Below, one piece after another: positions 17,787-26,462 of a DNA stretch of 32,000 bases. The stretch's first letter is position 1. Each line of letters opens with the position of its first letter. The notes under the pieces were generated by a model, which worked only from the letters and a program-made list of their open reading frames with translations, searched no databases and was not told the origin of the DNA. This DNA comes from Promethearchaeota archaeon. Lineage in GTDB: Archaea > Asgardarchaeota > Lokiarchaeia > Sigyniarchaeales > Promethearchaeaceae. The position numbers and the translations under genes were made by a program. The stretch covers positions 90,001-122,000 of the forward strand of contig JAFGBS010000008.1 in assembly GCA_016933055.1 (NCBI GenBank). Reading direction: 5' to 3'.

Positions 17787-18998
17787 TTATTTGAAATGTG
17801 TAAAATATAACCAAAACAGGAAATATACAAACATCCCCGCTAACATTAATTTACCTATCCATTTTAAGAACCATTTAATTATTTGCCAGCCTCTTGTTTT
17901 TCGCGGTTGCCTTTCTTTTTTCGAGGGAAGTTGGGGGAATGGTTCGTGTGGTTCCATTTGATACCAATAGGAAGTGGATTCCCAACGATCTGCAAGGCGA
18001 TGATTATCATGACCTCGTTCAATGGACACAATGATCTCGTTTTCAAAAGGAATAGGATCGGGAATATGATAACGATAGTAGGTAATTTTCCCATTCCAAT
18101 TGAATCCACCTGGTTTAATAATTCCGTGATAAGGTGCATTATATTCCGTTCGAGGCCCATAAGCAGTATTCACATAATCTTCTGTACCCGTTCCATAAAG
18201 AGTAGGTTCTTTTCCGACATCCTCATCAATAAAGATCATATCATCACCCTCACCAGGCCAGTTTAAGATGAAAAATCGAGATTTGTTGTCAATATTTAGA
18301 TGGCACCCGACATATTGACCTTTTCCTCTTGCATGGAGTATTGTATGATTGAGATCATAACCCATATTATCGTATGTGTTTTTTCCTCCTGAAACTTGCC
18401 ATTGAATTTTTGTAAATCTTTTTCCTGTATCCCGATCGTTTCTTTGATCTTTTTCCAATTTTGATTGCCGGAATTGTGCATGGAAATATCCGAGAGGTTC
18501 TAATGGGTCTTCAGGTAGTTTTTCATACTTTTCATAATCGACATAGTAATACAGAGTAAATTTCTTGTCTAATTGATTTTCAATCTCAATCATTGCATGT
18601 TTTTTAAATGGCATGGGCCACCAGCAGTTAAATCCTTTTCCCGAACGAGGACTCATTTGGAATGGTGTAGACACAAAATTTTTGCATTCTCCATGTCCCA
18701 TTCCGAAAAAGTCACTTATTGGAACCTCCACACTCGGATACTCTTCAAAGTCCCAATACATGCGGACAATAATATTTCGTAACCAGTTTTGTTTTCCTCC
18801 AATTGTTGCCATGGTCATCCAGATGTGTTTTATAGAACTTGGTCCATCTTGGTCAAAAATCACTCGTCGCTCATTAGCTTGGAGAACAAGAAAATCATTA
18901 TTTCCACCAGTTCGGTCGTACGAGGATTCTCTCTTCCTTCTAAATCTTCGTAAACGTGCAATATTTGCTAAATTTGAACCAAAAACTGTAGAATCCAT
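17787..18998 (-). CDS. DUF2961 / glycoside hydrolase family 172-like protein with a C-terminal hydrophobic tail
   Basis: SSYDRTGGNND, HIWMT, LRNIIVRMYWD, PISDFFG, FNCWWPMPF, YFHAQFR, WPGEGDD, GTGTEDY, YRYHIPDPIPF, STSYWYQ. Ends in a basic-hydrophobic tail. Confidence 0.85.
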   Translation of the reverse strand: MDSTVFGSNLANIARLRRFRRKRESSYDRTGGNNDFLVLQANERRVIFDQDGPSSIKHIWMTMATIGGKQNWLRNIIVRMYWDFEEYPSVEVPISDFFGMGHGECKNFVSTPFQMSPRSGKGFNCWWPMPFKKHAMIEIENQLDKKFTLYYYVDYEKYEKLPEDPLEPLGYFHAQFRQSKLEKDQRNDRDTGKRFTKIQWQVSGGKNTYDNMGYDLNHTILHARGKGQYVGCHLNIDNKSRFFILNWPGEGDDMIFIDEDVGKEPTLYGTGTEDYVNTAYGPRTEYNAPYHGIIKPGGFNWNGKITYYRYHIPDPIPFENEIIVSIERGHDNHRLADRWESTSYWYQMEPHEPFPQLPSKKERQPRKTRGWQIIKWFLKWIGKLMLAGMFVYFLFWLYFTHFK

Positions 18999-19021
18999 AG
19001 AAAAAAATACACTGTATCTTG

Positions 19022-19027
19022 TATAAA
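19022..19027 (-). promoter_or_regulatory. Archaeal TATA box (TTTATA) for the DUF2961 gene
   Basis: 23 nt upstream of the ATG at 18998. Confidence 0.55.
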
Positions 19028-19046
19028 TAACTATTCTCTACAATTA

Positions 19047-19436
19047 CTAAAGAGGGTGAGCGTTTGTATCAAAAACTTGAATTTCAATTGTGTACCCGGT
19101 GGGATCGTAGTAAAACGCATTGTATATCTTAAATGTGCGATTATAAGCGGGAGATTTTTTGCATGGAACTTGGTTTGATACTAGATGAGAGTGCCATTTA
19201 TCTACATCGTGTTGGGTATCTACTACAAGGGTTAAGCAAATTCGCTCAGGATCTATTATTTTTTCGGAATAATGATCGCAAAATCCCCAATAAGCTTTGG
19301 AACCGATTCTATATAAAATACATCGTGCTTGCTCTAATGCTACGGGTAATTGGAGGATTTTTTCATAAAATGGCCGAATTTCTTCCAAAGAGTTACATGG
19401 TAGAAAAGTAATTGGATAAGAGAATGGATTTACCAT
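19047..19436 (-). CDS. VOC/glyoxalase family protein
   Basis: FYEKILQL, LTLVVD...VDKWH and YNAFYYDPTGYTIEIQ. A GAGGA SD links it to the VWA gene. Confidence 0.8.
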   Translation of the reverse strand: MVNPFSYPITFLPCNSLEEIRPFYEKILQLPVALEQARCILYRIGSKAYWGFCDHYSEKIIDPERICLTLVVDTQHDVDKWHSHLVSNQVPCKKSPAYNRTFKIYNAFYYDPTGYTIEIQVFDTNAHPL

Positions 19437-19448
19437 TTTTATGTTCCT

Positions 19449-20618
19449 CTAAACGAGTACCTTGATGGCTTCCTCAAGTCCGTCGATTGATAGATCAAAC
19501 ATAGGAAAGATCTTTTCTATCACACCACGTGTATACGGTTTCCATCCAGCGATTATTTCAGGATTTAACCACACGCTTTTCTTAAATTTTTCTTTAATCC
19601 GGTTCAACCAGACTACTCCTGGGGTGTAGGTCTCTTCCCACACGTGAATACTCCCATAAATATGACTCAGTTCATTTGGAGCCATCGCAGCGTCCCCAAC
19701 CATAATCACACGGAATTCCGGATCTAATTTTTTGATCACTTCTGCAGTTTGCTCGTAAGATTCAAGTTCAATATCCTTATAGAGCTTGGTATATGGCACA
19801 TTGTGAAAATAATAATATTTAAATTCTCGGAAATGCGTTGATTTATTAGCTGCAGAGAATAATTGTGACACCAATTCTGTAAATGGCTCCATTGAACCCC
19901 CAACATCCATTAACAGCAAGACTTTGAGATTATTCTTCTTTTCCTTACGAAATACTAGATCTATCTCTCCAAACTGTTTGCACGTTTTATCAATGGTTTC
20001 GTCTAGATCTAATTCTTCTCGGGGGCTATCTCGCGTTAAATTACGGAGTTTCTTTAACGCTACTTGATAGGAACGTATGTCTAATATGCGATCAGAGCGA
20101 TAATTACGAAATTTCCGCTTTTGGGCGATCTTGGTTGCCAAGTGCATACCCCCATATCCTCCAATTCGAATCCCTCCTGGATGTCTTCCCCCGGCACCGA
20201 AAGGAGAAGTTCCACGCGTTCCTATCATTTGGTCCCCAAATTTATGAGGTTCTGGACCTTGTTCTTCCATTTTTTTCCGTAATTCCTCTTTCAACTTTTC
20301 AATATCGATGGAATAGACTTTCTCATAAAATTCCCGGGGTACCTTAAACTTGAGTTGTCTTAATTCCTCTTCAATGGTTCGAATCAAATCTTCTGAGATT
20401 TCTAATGGGACTTCTTTATCTTTAAAGTACTTCGCAAATGCTAAATCGTAGGAATCGAAAAACTTTTCGTCTTTAATTAACAGAGCTCGTGCCACATAGT
20501 AGAACTCCATAGAAGAACAAATCAACTTCTTATCGAGGGCTTCCATTAATGCAAGATATTCCTTAATGGAAACAGGAACTTTCATTTCTCTCAAGAGGAA
20601 ATAAAAATCTATGAACAC
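19449..20618 (-). CDS. VWA-domain protein (CoxE/COG3825-like partner of MoxR ATPase)
   Basis: FD.AF..YF, GT.GTSPFG.GG, RKFRNYRSD, ELDLDETIDKT, MIDAS-like LMDVGGSM, YFHN, VGDAAMAP and WLNP. Confidence 0.88.
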   Translation of the reverse strand: MFIDFYFLLREMKVPVSIKEYLALMEALDKKLICSSMEFYYVARALLIKDEKFFDSYDLAFAKYFKDKEVPLEISEDLIRTIEEELRQLKFKVPREFYEKVYSIDIEKLKEELRKKMEEQGPEPHKFGDQMIGTRGTSPFGAGGRHPGGIRIGGYGGMHLATKIAQKRKFRNYRSDRILDIRSYQVALKKLRNLTRDSPREELDLDETIDKTCKQFGEIDLVFRKEKKNNLKVLLLMDVGGSMEPFTELVSQLFSAANKSTHFREFKYYYFHNVPYTKLYKDIELESYEQTAEVIKKLDPEFRVIMVGDAAMAPNELSHIYGSIHVWEETYTPGVVWLNRIKEKFKKSVWLNPEIIAGWKPYTRGVIEKIFPMFDLSIDGLEEAIKVLV

Positions 20619-20654
20619 GACGGCATCCTTCCAGCGTGAATATGATAAATGGGT

Positions 20655-21485
20655 TTACGAAATTCCTTTGTATTTTGTCAAATATTCCATATCTTGTTCT
20701 TTCTTAATGAGTGTTCCCAAAAAAGGAAATCCTTTTTGTTTCAGATCCTCAGTGGTTAGTCCGGATTTCAGAAGAACTAATATCCAATCAATCAATTCAG
20801 ACGTGGAAGGTTTCTTTTTCAGCTGGTTATATTCGCGTAATTCATAGAATTTCTCCAAAATCGCTTTTAAAATATTCTCTTCGATATTGGGATAATGTAC
20901 GTTTACAATTTTCGCCATGAGTTTCTCATCAGGAAATTCGATGAAATGAAACGCACACCTTCGAAGGAATGCATCAGGTAATTCTTTCTCATTATTGGAT
21001 GTAATTATTACTATAGGACGATGTTTTGCTTTCATAGTTCGCTGAAGTTCAGGGATATAAAATTCCATAACATCCAGCTCTTGTAATAAATCATTCGGAA
21101 ATTCCACATCCGCTTTATCAATCTCATCAATAAGTAATACGACTTGATCCTCGGAAGTGAACGCTTCTCCCAGTTGACCTAATACAATGTAGTCTTCCAC
21201 GTTGTCTACGTCTCGGGTCTTGGATCCAAAGCGCGAATCATTAAGACGCTGAATGGTATCGTACACATAACACCCATCAATTGCTTTAGTTGTGGATTTG
21301 ATATTCCATGTAATCAATTTTAATCCCAAGGAATCTGCAATACTTTTAGCTAGAAGCGTTTTACCCGTTCCCGGTTCTCCTTTTACTAGTAATGGACGTT
21401 GGAGAGCGATGGCGACATTGACAATATTTTGAAGGGAGCTTCCCGCTATGTAATCATAGGAACCACTATACTTTTCAAAACCCAT
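20655..21485 (-). CDS. MoxR-family AAA+ ATPase
   Basis: Walker A PLLVKGEPGTGKT, Walker B VLLIDEIDKAD, FPNDLL, IITSNNEKELPDAFLRRC, KKKPSTSEL. Confidence 0.92.
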   Translation of the reverse strand: MGFEKYSGSYDYIAGSSLQNIVNVAIALQRPLLVKGEPGTGKTLLAKSIADSLGLKLITWNIKSTTKAIDGCYVYDTIQRLNDSRFGSKTRDVDNVEDYIVLGQLGEAFTSEDQVVLLIDEIDKADVEFPNDLLQELDVMEFYIPELQRTMKAKHRPIVIITSNNEKELPDAFLRRCAFHFIEFPDEKLMAKIVNVHYPNIEENILKAILEKFYELREYNQLKKKPSTSELIDWILVLLKSGLTTEDLKQKGFPFLGTLIKKEQDMEYLTKYKGIS

Positions 21486-21504
21486 AAAAAAATCATTGAT
21501 TCTT

Positions 21505-21522
21505 GGATAAAATAGTTTATCC
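21505..21522. promoter_or_regulatory. Perfect 7-4-7 palindrome GGATAAA-ATAG-TTTATCC over the MoxR operon TATA region
   Basis: Read directly. It overlaps TTTTAT (minus strand, 21507-21512), about 21 nt upstream of ATG 21485. Confidence 0.4.
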
Positions 21523-21541
21523 TTAATCTATCAAAAAATAC

Positions 21542-21549
21542 AAAAAAAA
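21542..21549 (-). terminator. Putative oligo-T terminator
   Basis: T8 run on the minus strand 16 nt after the stop at 21566. Confidence 0.4.
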
Positions 21550-21565
21550 GGAGAGATTCTGCTAT

Positions 21566-22969
21566 TTACATAGCGGAACTTGGTTGGTCACCTATCATTC
21601 GGATGCTTTTTTCTGTGCGGAATAAGTTACCGAATTTCATAACCCAATACTCGAAACCATATTTGAAATTTATTTTAGACCATGCCCAAATAACAGTTAA
21701 CCAGAATGCTAACGAGACGACCATAAAAATTACGATTTGCCACCATGTTACCATAAATGAGTCTACCATTCCCCAACCCACGGTCCCGGGTTCACTAAAT
21801 AAATAATGAAATCCCGTTGCAATAGCTAAATTAATGGGCCCTTCTAGGAGATATAAAGTTAAAGTGACATTCCCCATTTTTCTGAAGAATTTGGTCTTTC
21901 TAAGAAAGTTTTCACGTTTTTCCTCGGATGCATATTCCACATACCTCACACATATTAAAAGAAGTAGTGACATAGCGAATAGCGAGAAATATAACCAAAC
22001 ACGAGGTAGAACTTCATAATCGAACAGTGCAGCTAAAATGTCGTCTGAATTTAGGAATAGTAATCCTGCGGTTATCAAAAATCCCCCTAAGAATACTAAT
22101 ATTATTGTTAGAAATATTTTCTTAAAGAATTTATAATCAACTTTCAATGCGAGTAAATAACCCGCTAAAGCACCGAAAAAAGCATAGGACCCCATGGGAA
22201 AGTACGATAATTGTCCACCAAAAAACCATTTTAGGATATAACCTAAAAAGTATTTCCAACCACCCTGTACATACAGTCGTTCAACAAGATTGAGCTCAAT
22301 GATCACATAGTCCGAGATGGGATTTGCGATTCCTGCAAAAAGAAATCCCAAAACCAATAATACAATTACGTTCCGCTTAACCTTCTTATATCCCCCTTTG
22401 TAAAAGAGGAAAGCGAAAATGATAGCTATCACAAATCCACTTATTGCAATGGCGGGAAGGGATCCGATCGCATAGAGTTTTTCTGGATCAGCGAACGCTA
22501 GTCTTCCAGTTTCGATTAAATTCCCCCAAATAGAACGATTTACACCGCTTGGTTCCAACGGTATGTAAATGCTGCCGATGGGCGAGAATACATTATCTGT
22601 TGTGCGATATAAGATAACTGACCTGAGCGGATCAAATAATAATAATGCAATTCCACTTACAATTAATGGAATAGTAGTTTTTCGATATTTTATTCCCCGT
22701 TCTACTCGGCGTTTCATATTATATACGTTAACAATACCGGAAATATAACTAAATCCCCCTCCCCACGTTGCTAACATTACTAATGGAGATAAAGCTGCCA
22801 CCACGGCTATGTGTACTACATCTAAGGCAAGACCCTCAGAGTACCAGACACCGTAAATTAAAGTATGTAATATTATTAGCAAAAAAATGCTTATTCCTCG
22901 GGCTAAATCTATGGAAATAATTCTCTTATAGGTATCCGGTTTTTCAGGACTTTCGGTTATTTTTTCATT
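21566..22969 (-). CDS. Polytopic membrane acyltransferase-like protein (DUF1624/HGSNAT-like), paralog 3
   Basis: RIISIDLARGISIFLLIILH, YFP, RKMGNVTLTLYLLE and GFEYW. ATG 22969 sits at TATA spacing from TTTAAT (22997-23002). GTG 22981 is an alternative start. Confidence 0.72.
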   Translation of the reverse strand, partial: NEKITESPEKPDTYKRIISIDLARGISIFLLIILHTLIYGVWYSEGLALDVVHIAVVAALSPLVMLATWGGGFSYISGIVNVYNMKRRVERGIKYRKTTIPLIVSGIALLLFDPLRSVILYRTTDNVFSPIGSIYIPLEPSGVNRSIWGNLIETGRLAFADPEKLYAIGSLPAIAISGFVIAIIFAFLFYKGGYKKVKRNVIVLLVLGFLFAGIANPISDYVIIELNLVERLYVQGGWKYFLGYILKWFFGGQLSYFPMGSYAFFGALAGYLLALKVDYKFFKKIFLTIILVFLGGFLITAGLLFLNSDDILAALFDYEVLPRVWLYFSLFAMSLLLLICVRYVEYASEEKRENFLRKTKFFRKMGNVTLTLYLLEGPINLAIATGFHYLFSEPGTVGWGMVDSFMVTWWQIVIFMVVSLAFWLTVIWAWSKINFKYGFEYWVMKFGNLFRTEKSIRMIGDQPSSAM

Positions 22970-23049
22970 CATTGTTGCCACTTCGATGAATTTTTAATTA
23001 AATTAGTAACTATATCTTCAACTGAGTTGTTTAATAAAGTTTCGTTGGC

Positions 23050-23055
23050 TATAAA
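23050..23055 (+). promoter_or_regulatory. Archaeal TATA box (TATAAA)
   Basis: 23 nt upstream of the ATG at 23079. Confidence 0.55.
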
Positions 23056-23078
23056 AAGATGTCCCCATTTACTCTTGT

Positions 23079-23525
23079 ATGATAGAAGAAAAACTGTTAA
23101 ATCTAGCTATGAAATACTGGTTGCAAACTCCCGATATCAACTGTGCTCAAACTACAGCATGCAGCTTACTTGAACATCATGGGTATAAAGAAGAGAGTAA
23201 AGTATTGCACAAAGCCTATCGAGTCTATGGTGGTGGATTGAGTTACAAACTTGTATGTGGCACTATTACGGGAAATATAGGGGCACTAGGATTCATTTTT
23301 ACAGAAAAAGGCCTAAGTAAAGAAAAAATAGAAGAAATTGTGAAAGAATTTTTGTTACAGATGGAAGAAAAATTTGGTAATTTGAACTGCGGGGCTTTAA
23401 TGAAAGAATGGTACGAAAATGGTGATATAAATTTCGATCTACCCGGTAGACACGAAAAATGCACAGATTTGGTACATACATCATTAGAAATAACCAGTCA
23501 CTTAATAAAGAAGTATATGAGGTAA
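23079..23525 (+). CDS. C_GCAxxG_C_C family putative redox protein
   Basis: NCAQ, YGGG, VCGTITG, NCG and KC give the four-Cys spacing of the family. 148 aa. Confidence 0.82.
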   Translation: MIEEKLLNLAMKYWLQTPDINCAQTTACSLLEHHGYKEESKVLHKAYRVYGGGLSYKLVCGTITGNIGALGFIFTEKGLSKEKIEEIVKEFLLQMEEKFGNLNCGALMKEWYENGDINFDLPGRHEKCTDLVHTSLEITSHLIKKYMR

Positions 23526-23531
23526 TTAGTC

Positions 23532-24890
23532 ATGTATGAGGTTTCTTTGTTTGTATTTTCCCGAGATCTAAGAATTTATGATAACACAGCATTAGTTAAT
23601 GCCCTAAACGAATCTAAAAAGGTTATTCCATGTTATTTTTTCAAAGATGAAGTTGAAGTATTACACAAATCTAATCCATTTTGGTCCTACTTCCTAATAG
23701 AATCGTTACAATCCCTCAATAAAACACTTATAAATCAAAAAGGGCGTTTATTCCTTTTCACTGGCAACATGATGAATCATCTCCTTACAATTAAAAAGTC
23801 TACATATTTTAACGCAATTTTTCTTAATCATGAATATTCACCGTATTGGAATTCAATAAAGCAGAATTTAGAATCCTTAAATGTACCTATTTATATTTCT
23901 GAAGATTATCTATTAAACAAGCCTGAGTCTGTGTTGACAACAGCTAATAATCCCTTTCAAGTGTTCACTCCTTTTTTCAATACTGCAAGAGTAAAACCAG
24001 TACGTATTCCCAGTCCAATTTATCATCAAAATTTTTTCACGGAACCCCTCCCAGAGGAATTGGATTTTTCACCGAGGAAGTGGGGAGATCTCGAACTGAA
24101 AAAACATGTCCATTTCCATGGAGGCAGAGAGAATGGACTCAAAATTTTAAAAAATTTAAAAAAGTTCAAGAACTATGCTGTTGAACGAGATATCCCCTCT
24201 ATAAATGGAACAACCTCCTTATCTGCACATTTAAATCTAGGTACTTGTTCCATCCGTGAAACCTATCATGAAATGGTAAACCAGTTGGGAATTGATCATC
24301 CCCTAGTTCGACAGTTATATTGGCGTGAATTTTATGTATACGTTGCAAATCACTATCCACACGTGTTTTCAAGTAATTTCCGGGAAAAATATGATCACTT
24401 AGAATGGATAAATGATGAAGAATTAATGCAAAAGTGGAAGGACGGAATGACCGGATTTCCCATTATAGATGCTGGAATAAGGCAATTGAACCAAACGGGA
24501 TTCATGCATAATCGAGTTCGTATGATTGTTGGATCATTTTTAACTAAAGATCTTCACATTGATTGGAAGTTGGGAGAAAAATATTTTGCAGAAAAGCTAA
24601 CGGATTTCGATCCCATGCTAAATAATGGAAACTGGCAATGGATTGCTGGTACTGGTTGTGATGCTGCTCCATACTTTCGGGTGTTTAATCCGTGGACACA
24701 GCAAAAGAAGCATGATCCTGAATGTATCTATATTAAACGATGGATTCCTGAATTGCAGGATGTTGAAAGTCAAAAGATCCATAATATATATAAAAAACCT
24801 CTCAGTGATTCAGTGAACTACCCAAAACCAATTCTGGACCATTCTAAAGAGAGAATAAACGCTTTGGCAATGTATAAATCCGTAAAATGA
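23532..24890 (+). CDS. phr: Deoxyribodipyrimidine photolyase / cryptochrome family protein (class I CPD photolyase-like)
   Basis: RDLRIYDN, VFTPF, TTSLSAHL, RQLYWREF, GMTGFPIIDAG, GFMHNRVRM, FLTKDL, DWKLG, NNGNWQW, YFRVFNP, YIKRWIPEL. Trp-triad positions are present (LEW, IDW, NWQW). Confidence 0.95.
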   Translation: MYEVSLFVFSRDLRIYDNTALVNALNESKKVIPCYFFKDEVEVLHKSNPFWSYFLIESLQSLNKTLINQKGRLFLFTGNMMNHLLTIKKSTYFNAIFLNHEYSPYWNSIKQNLESLNVPIYISEDYLLNKPESVLTTANNPFQVFTPFFNTARVKPVRIPSPIYHQNFFTEPLPEELDFSPRKWGDLELKKHVHFHGGRENGLKILKNLKKFKNYAVERDIPSINGTTSLSAHLNLGTCSIRETYHEMVNQLGIDHPLVRQLYWREFYVYVANHYPHVFSSNFREKYDHLEWINDEELMQKWKDGMTGFPIIDAGIRQLNQTGFMHNRVRMIVGSFLTKDLHIDWKLGEKYFAEKLTDFDPMLNNGNWQWIAGTGCDAAPYFRVFNPWTQQKKHDPECIYIKRWIPELQDVESQKIHNIYKKPLSDSVNYPKPILDHSKERINALAMYKSVK

Positions 24891-24895
24891 CCGTA

Positions 24896-26437
24896 TCATT
24901 CTTTAAGGTGTTGGGAGGGTAATTTAACCTTAGCTCGCTTGGAAAAGGTTTCCACTTTACGTTTCGCCCTATGTAGGGGGGATAGAGTTCCGGGACCTCC
25001 AATGCATCCATAAGGGCACGCCATACCCTCAACTAGAAGGGGTCTGGGAGAAATTTTACTATTTTGTATATTTTTTAACATCATCATGCAATCTGCTAAG
25101 GTGTCTGCGGAAGTAAAAGGAATATCAATTTCTTTTCCTAAGATCTCTTTGGTTTGTGCAAGAATAGCATCGGCTACTCCTCCCGCAACAGCATAAGCCC
25201 TCCCTACTTCTGAAGCATCGCTAATTTCTTCTTCTACGTTCATTTCAGAGGGATCAATACTAAAAGCTTGGAATAATGCACCTAATTCTTCAAAAGTCAT
25301 TACAAAATCTACTAATTCAGCAACTTCTGGTGTAAAACACTCATTCTTTTTTGCAATGCACGGACCAAGAAATACAACTCTGGCTTCAGGGTCCATTTTT
25401 TTTATTTTGCGCGCAGCTTCCACCATTGGAGTAAAGGACTCGGATATGTTTATCGCTTGTTTAGGAAAATTCGTAATTGCTGCCAGTACCCATGCAGGAC
25501 AACAGCTTGTACCTATATACCTACGCTTATCTTTAGTCTTCTTAGATACTAAATCTGCTAATTCCCTCGATAAGATAAGAGTATCAACATCTGCTCCATA
25601 TGCAACCTCCACGACACCCGCAAATCCAATTTGCTTTAAGGCTGCAATAATCATAGATGGTTTTACCAACGGCCCAAACTGGCCAACAAAACTTGGAGCG
25701 ATCTCCACGTACACGGGTTTCTCTCCTCTAAGAGTATAGATGATCTGAACAATCTCAGATTTCTCCCCAATTGCCCCGAACGGGCAACTAACTATGCATA
25801 ATCCGCAGCTCACGCATTTTTCATAATCGATCTCGGCAAAACCATTTTCATCAGAACTTATCGCATTTACTCCGCATGCTTGAGCACAAGGTCGTTCACG
25901 ATGGACAATTGCATTATACGGGCAAGCTTGTGCACATCGACCGCACCTTATACATTTCTCCTGATCGATAATCGCAGCCTTCTCTCCGATTGTAACTGCT
26001 TCGACGGGGCAAACAATACTACAGGGGTGTGCCATACATTTTCTGCAGTTATTTGTAACCCAGAAACTGTCCGTTTCGCATCGTTCGCATCCCGCTTTAA
26101 TAACATTGACGATTGGACGAGATAAGAATTTTTTATCCGTCATAGCTGGAGTTACATCATCAATAATGGGACCATGTGCCCCAAATTCTTTCAAATCTAG
26201 ACCAAAAGCTAATCTTGCTCTCTCTCGAACGATTGCTCGTTCTCTAAACACCGATTCACGATAGGTTGGGGTGTCTTTAGATATGATATTATAAGGGATT
26301 GTTTCTATATATGACGGAGGGTGACCCTCCACGATCATTCTTGCAACCTCTGTGAGAACTTGGCGACGTACATTCTTCACCGGAGTAAAAATTCCACGCA
26401 TTTTTTCAAAAATAGAGAGCTTGGGTAAATCTGGCAT
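24896..26437 (-). CDS. Monomeric [FeFe]-hydrogenase, group B type, with N-terminal [4Fe-4S] domain
   Basis: H-cluster motifs P1 TSCCPAW, P2 GPCIAKKNE and P3 EGMACPYGCIGG, plus APS and GADV. The 16 N-terminal Cys fall in CERC, CRKCxxxxCxxxCP, CIRCGRCAQACP, CAQAC and CVSCGLCIVSCP. ATG 26437 is preferred over TTG 26449. Confidence 0.9.
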   Translation of the reverse strand: MPDLPKLSIFEKMRGIFTPVKNVRRQVLTEVARMIVEGHPPSYIETIPYNIISKDTPTYRESVFRERAIVRERARLAFGLDLKEFGAHGPIIDDVTPAMTDKKFLSRPIVNVIKAGCERCETDSFWVTNNCRKCMAHPCSIVCPVEAVTIGEKAAIIDQEKCIRCGRCAQACPYNAIVHRERPCAQACGVNAISSDENGFAEIDYEKCVSCGLCIVSCPFGAIGEKSEIVQIIYTLRGEKPVYVEIAPSFVGQFGPLVKPSMIIAALKQIGFAGVVEVAYGADVDTLILSRELADLVSKKTKDKRRYIGTSCCPAWVLAAITNFPKQAINISESFTPMVEAARKIKKMDPEARVVFLGPCIAKKNECFTPEVAELVDFVMTFEELGALFQAFSIDPSEMNVEEEISDASEVGRAYAVAGGVADAILAQTKEILGKEIDIPFTSADTLADCMMMLKNIQNSKISPRPLLVEGMACPYGCIGGPGTLSPLHRAKRKVETFSKRAKVKLPSQHLKE

Positions 26438-26462
26438 TGTAGTTAACAATAGAAACTATAGC

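Noticed and set aside
24888-24898. TGA stops of the photolyase and hydrogenase as possible selenocysteine readthrough
   Set aside because: Both proteins are already complete at these stops and no catalytic Cys is missing. I saw no SECIS-like hairpin. The 44-aa ORF would gain only two codons on readthrough.
24896-26437. Alternative reading as a sensory group C hydrogenase or Nar1-like protein
   Set aside because: P1 keeps both cysteines, P2 keeps Lys and P3 keeps Met. No PAS or phosphatase domain or neighbour is present.
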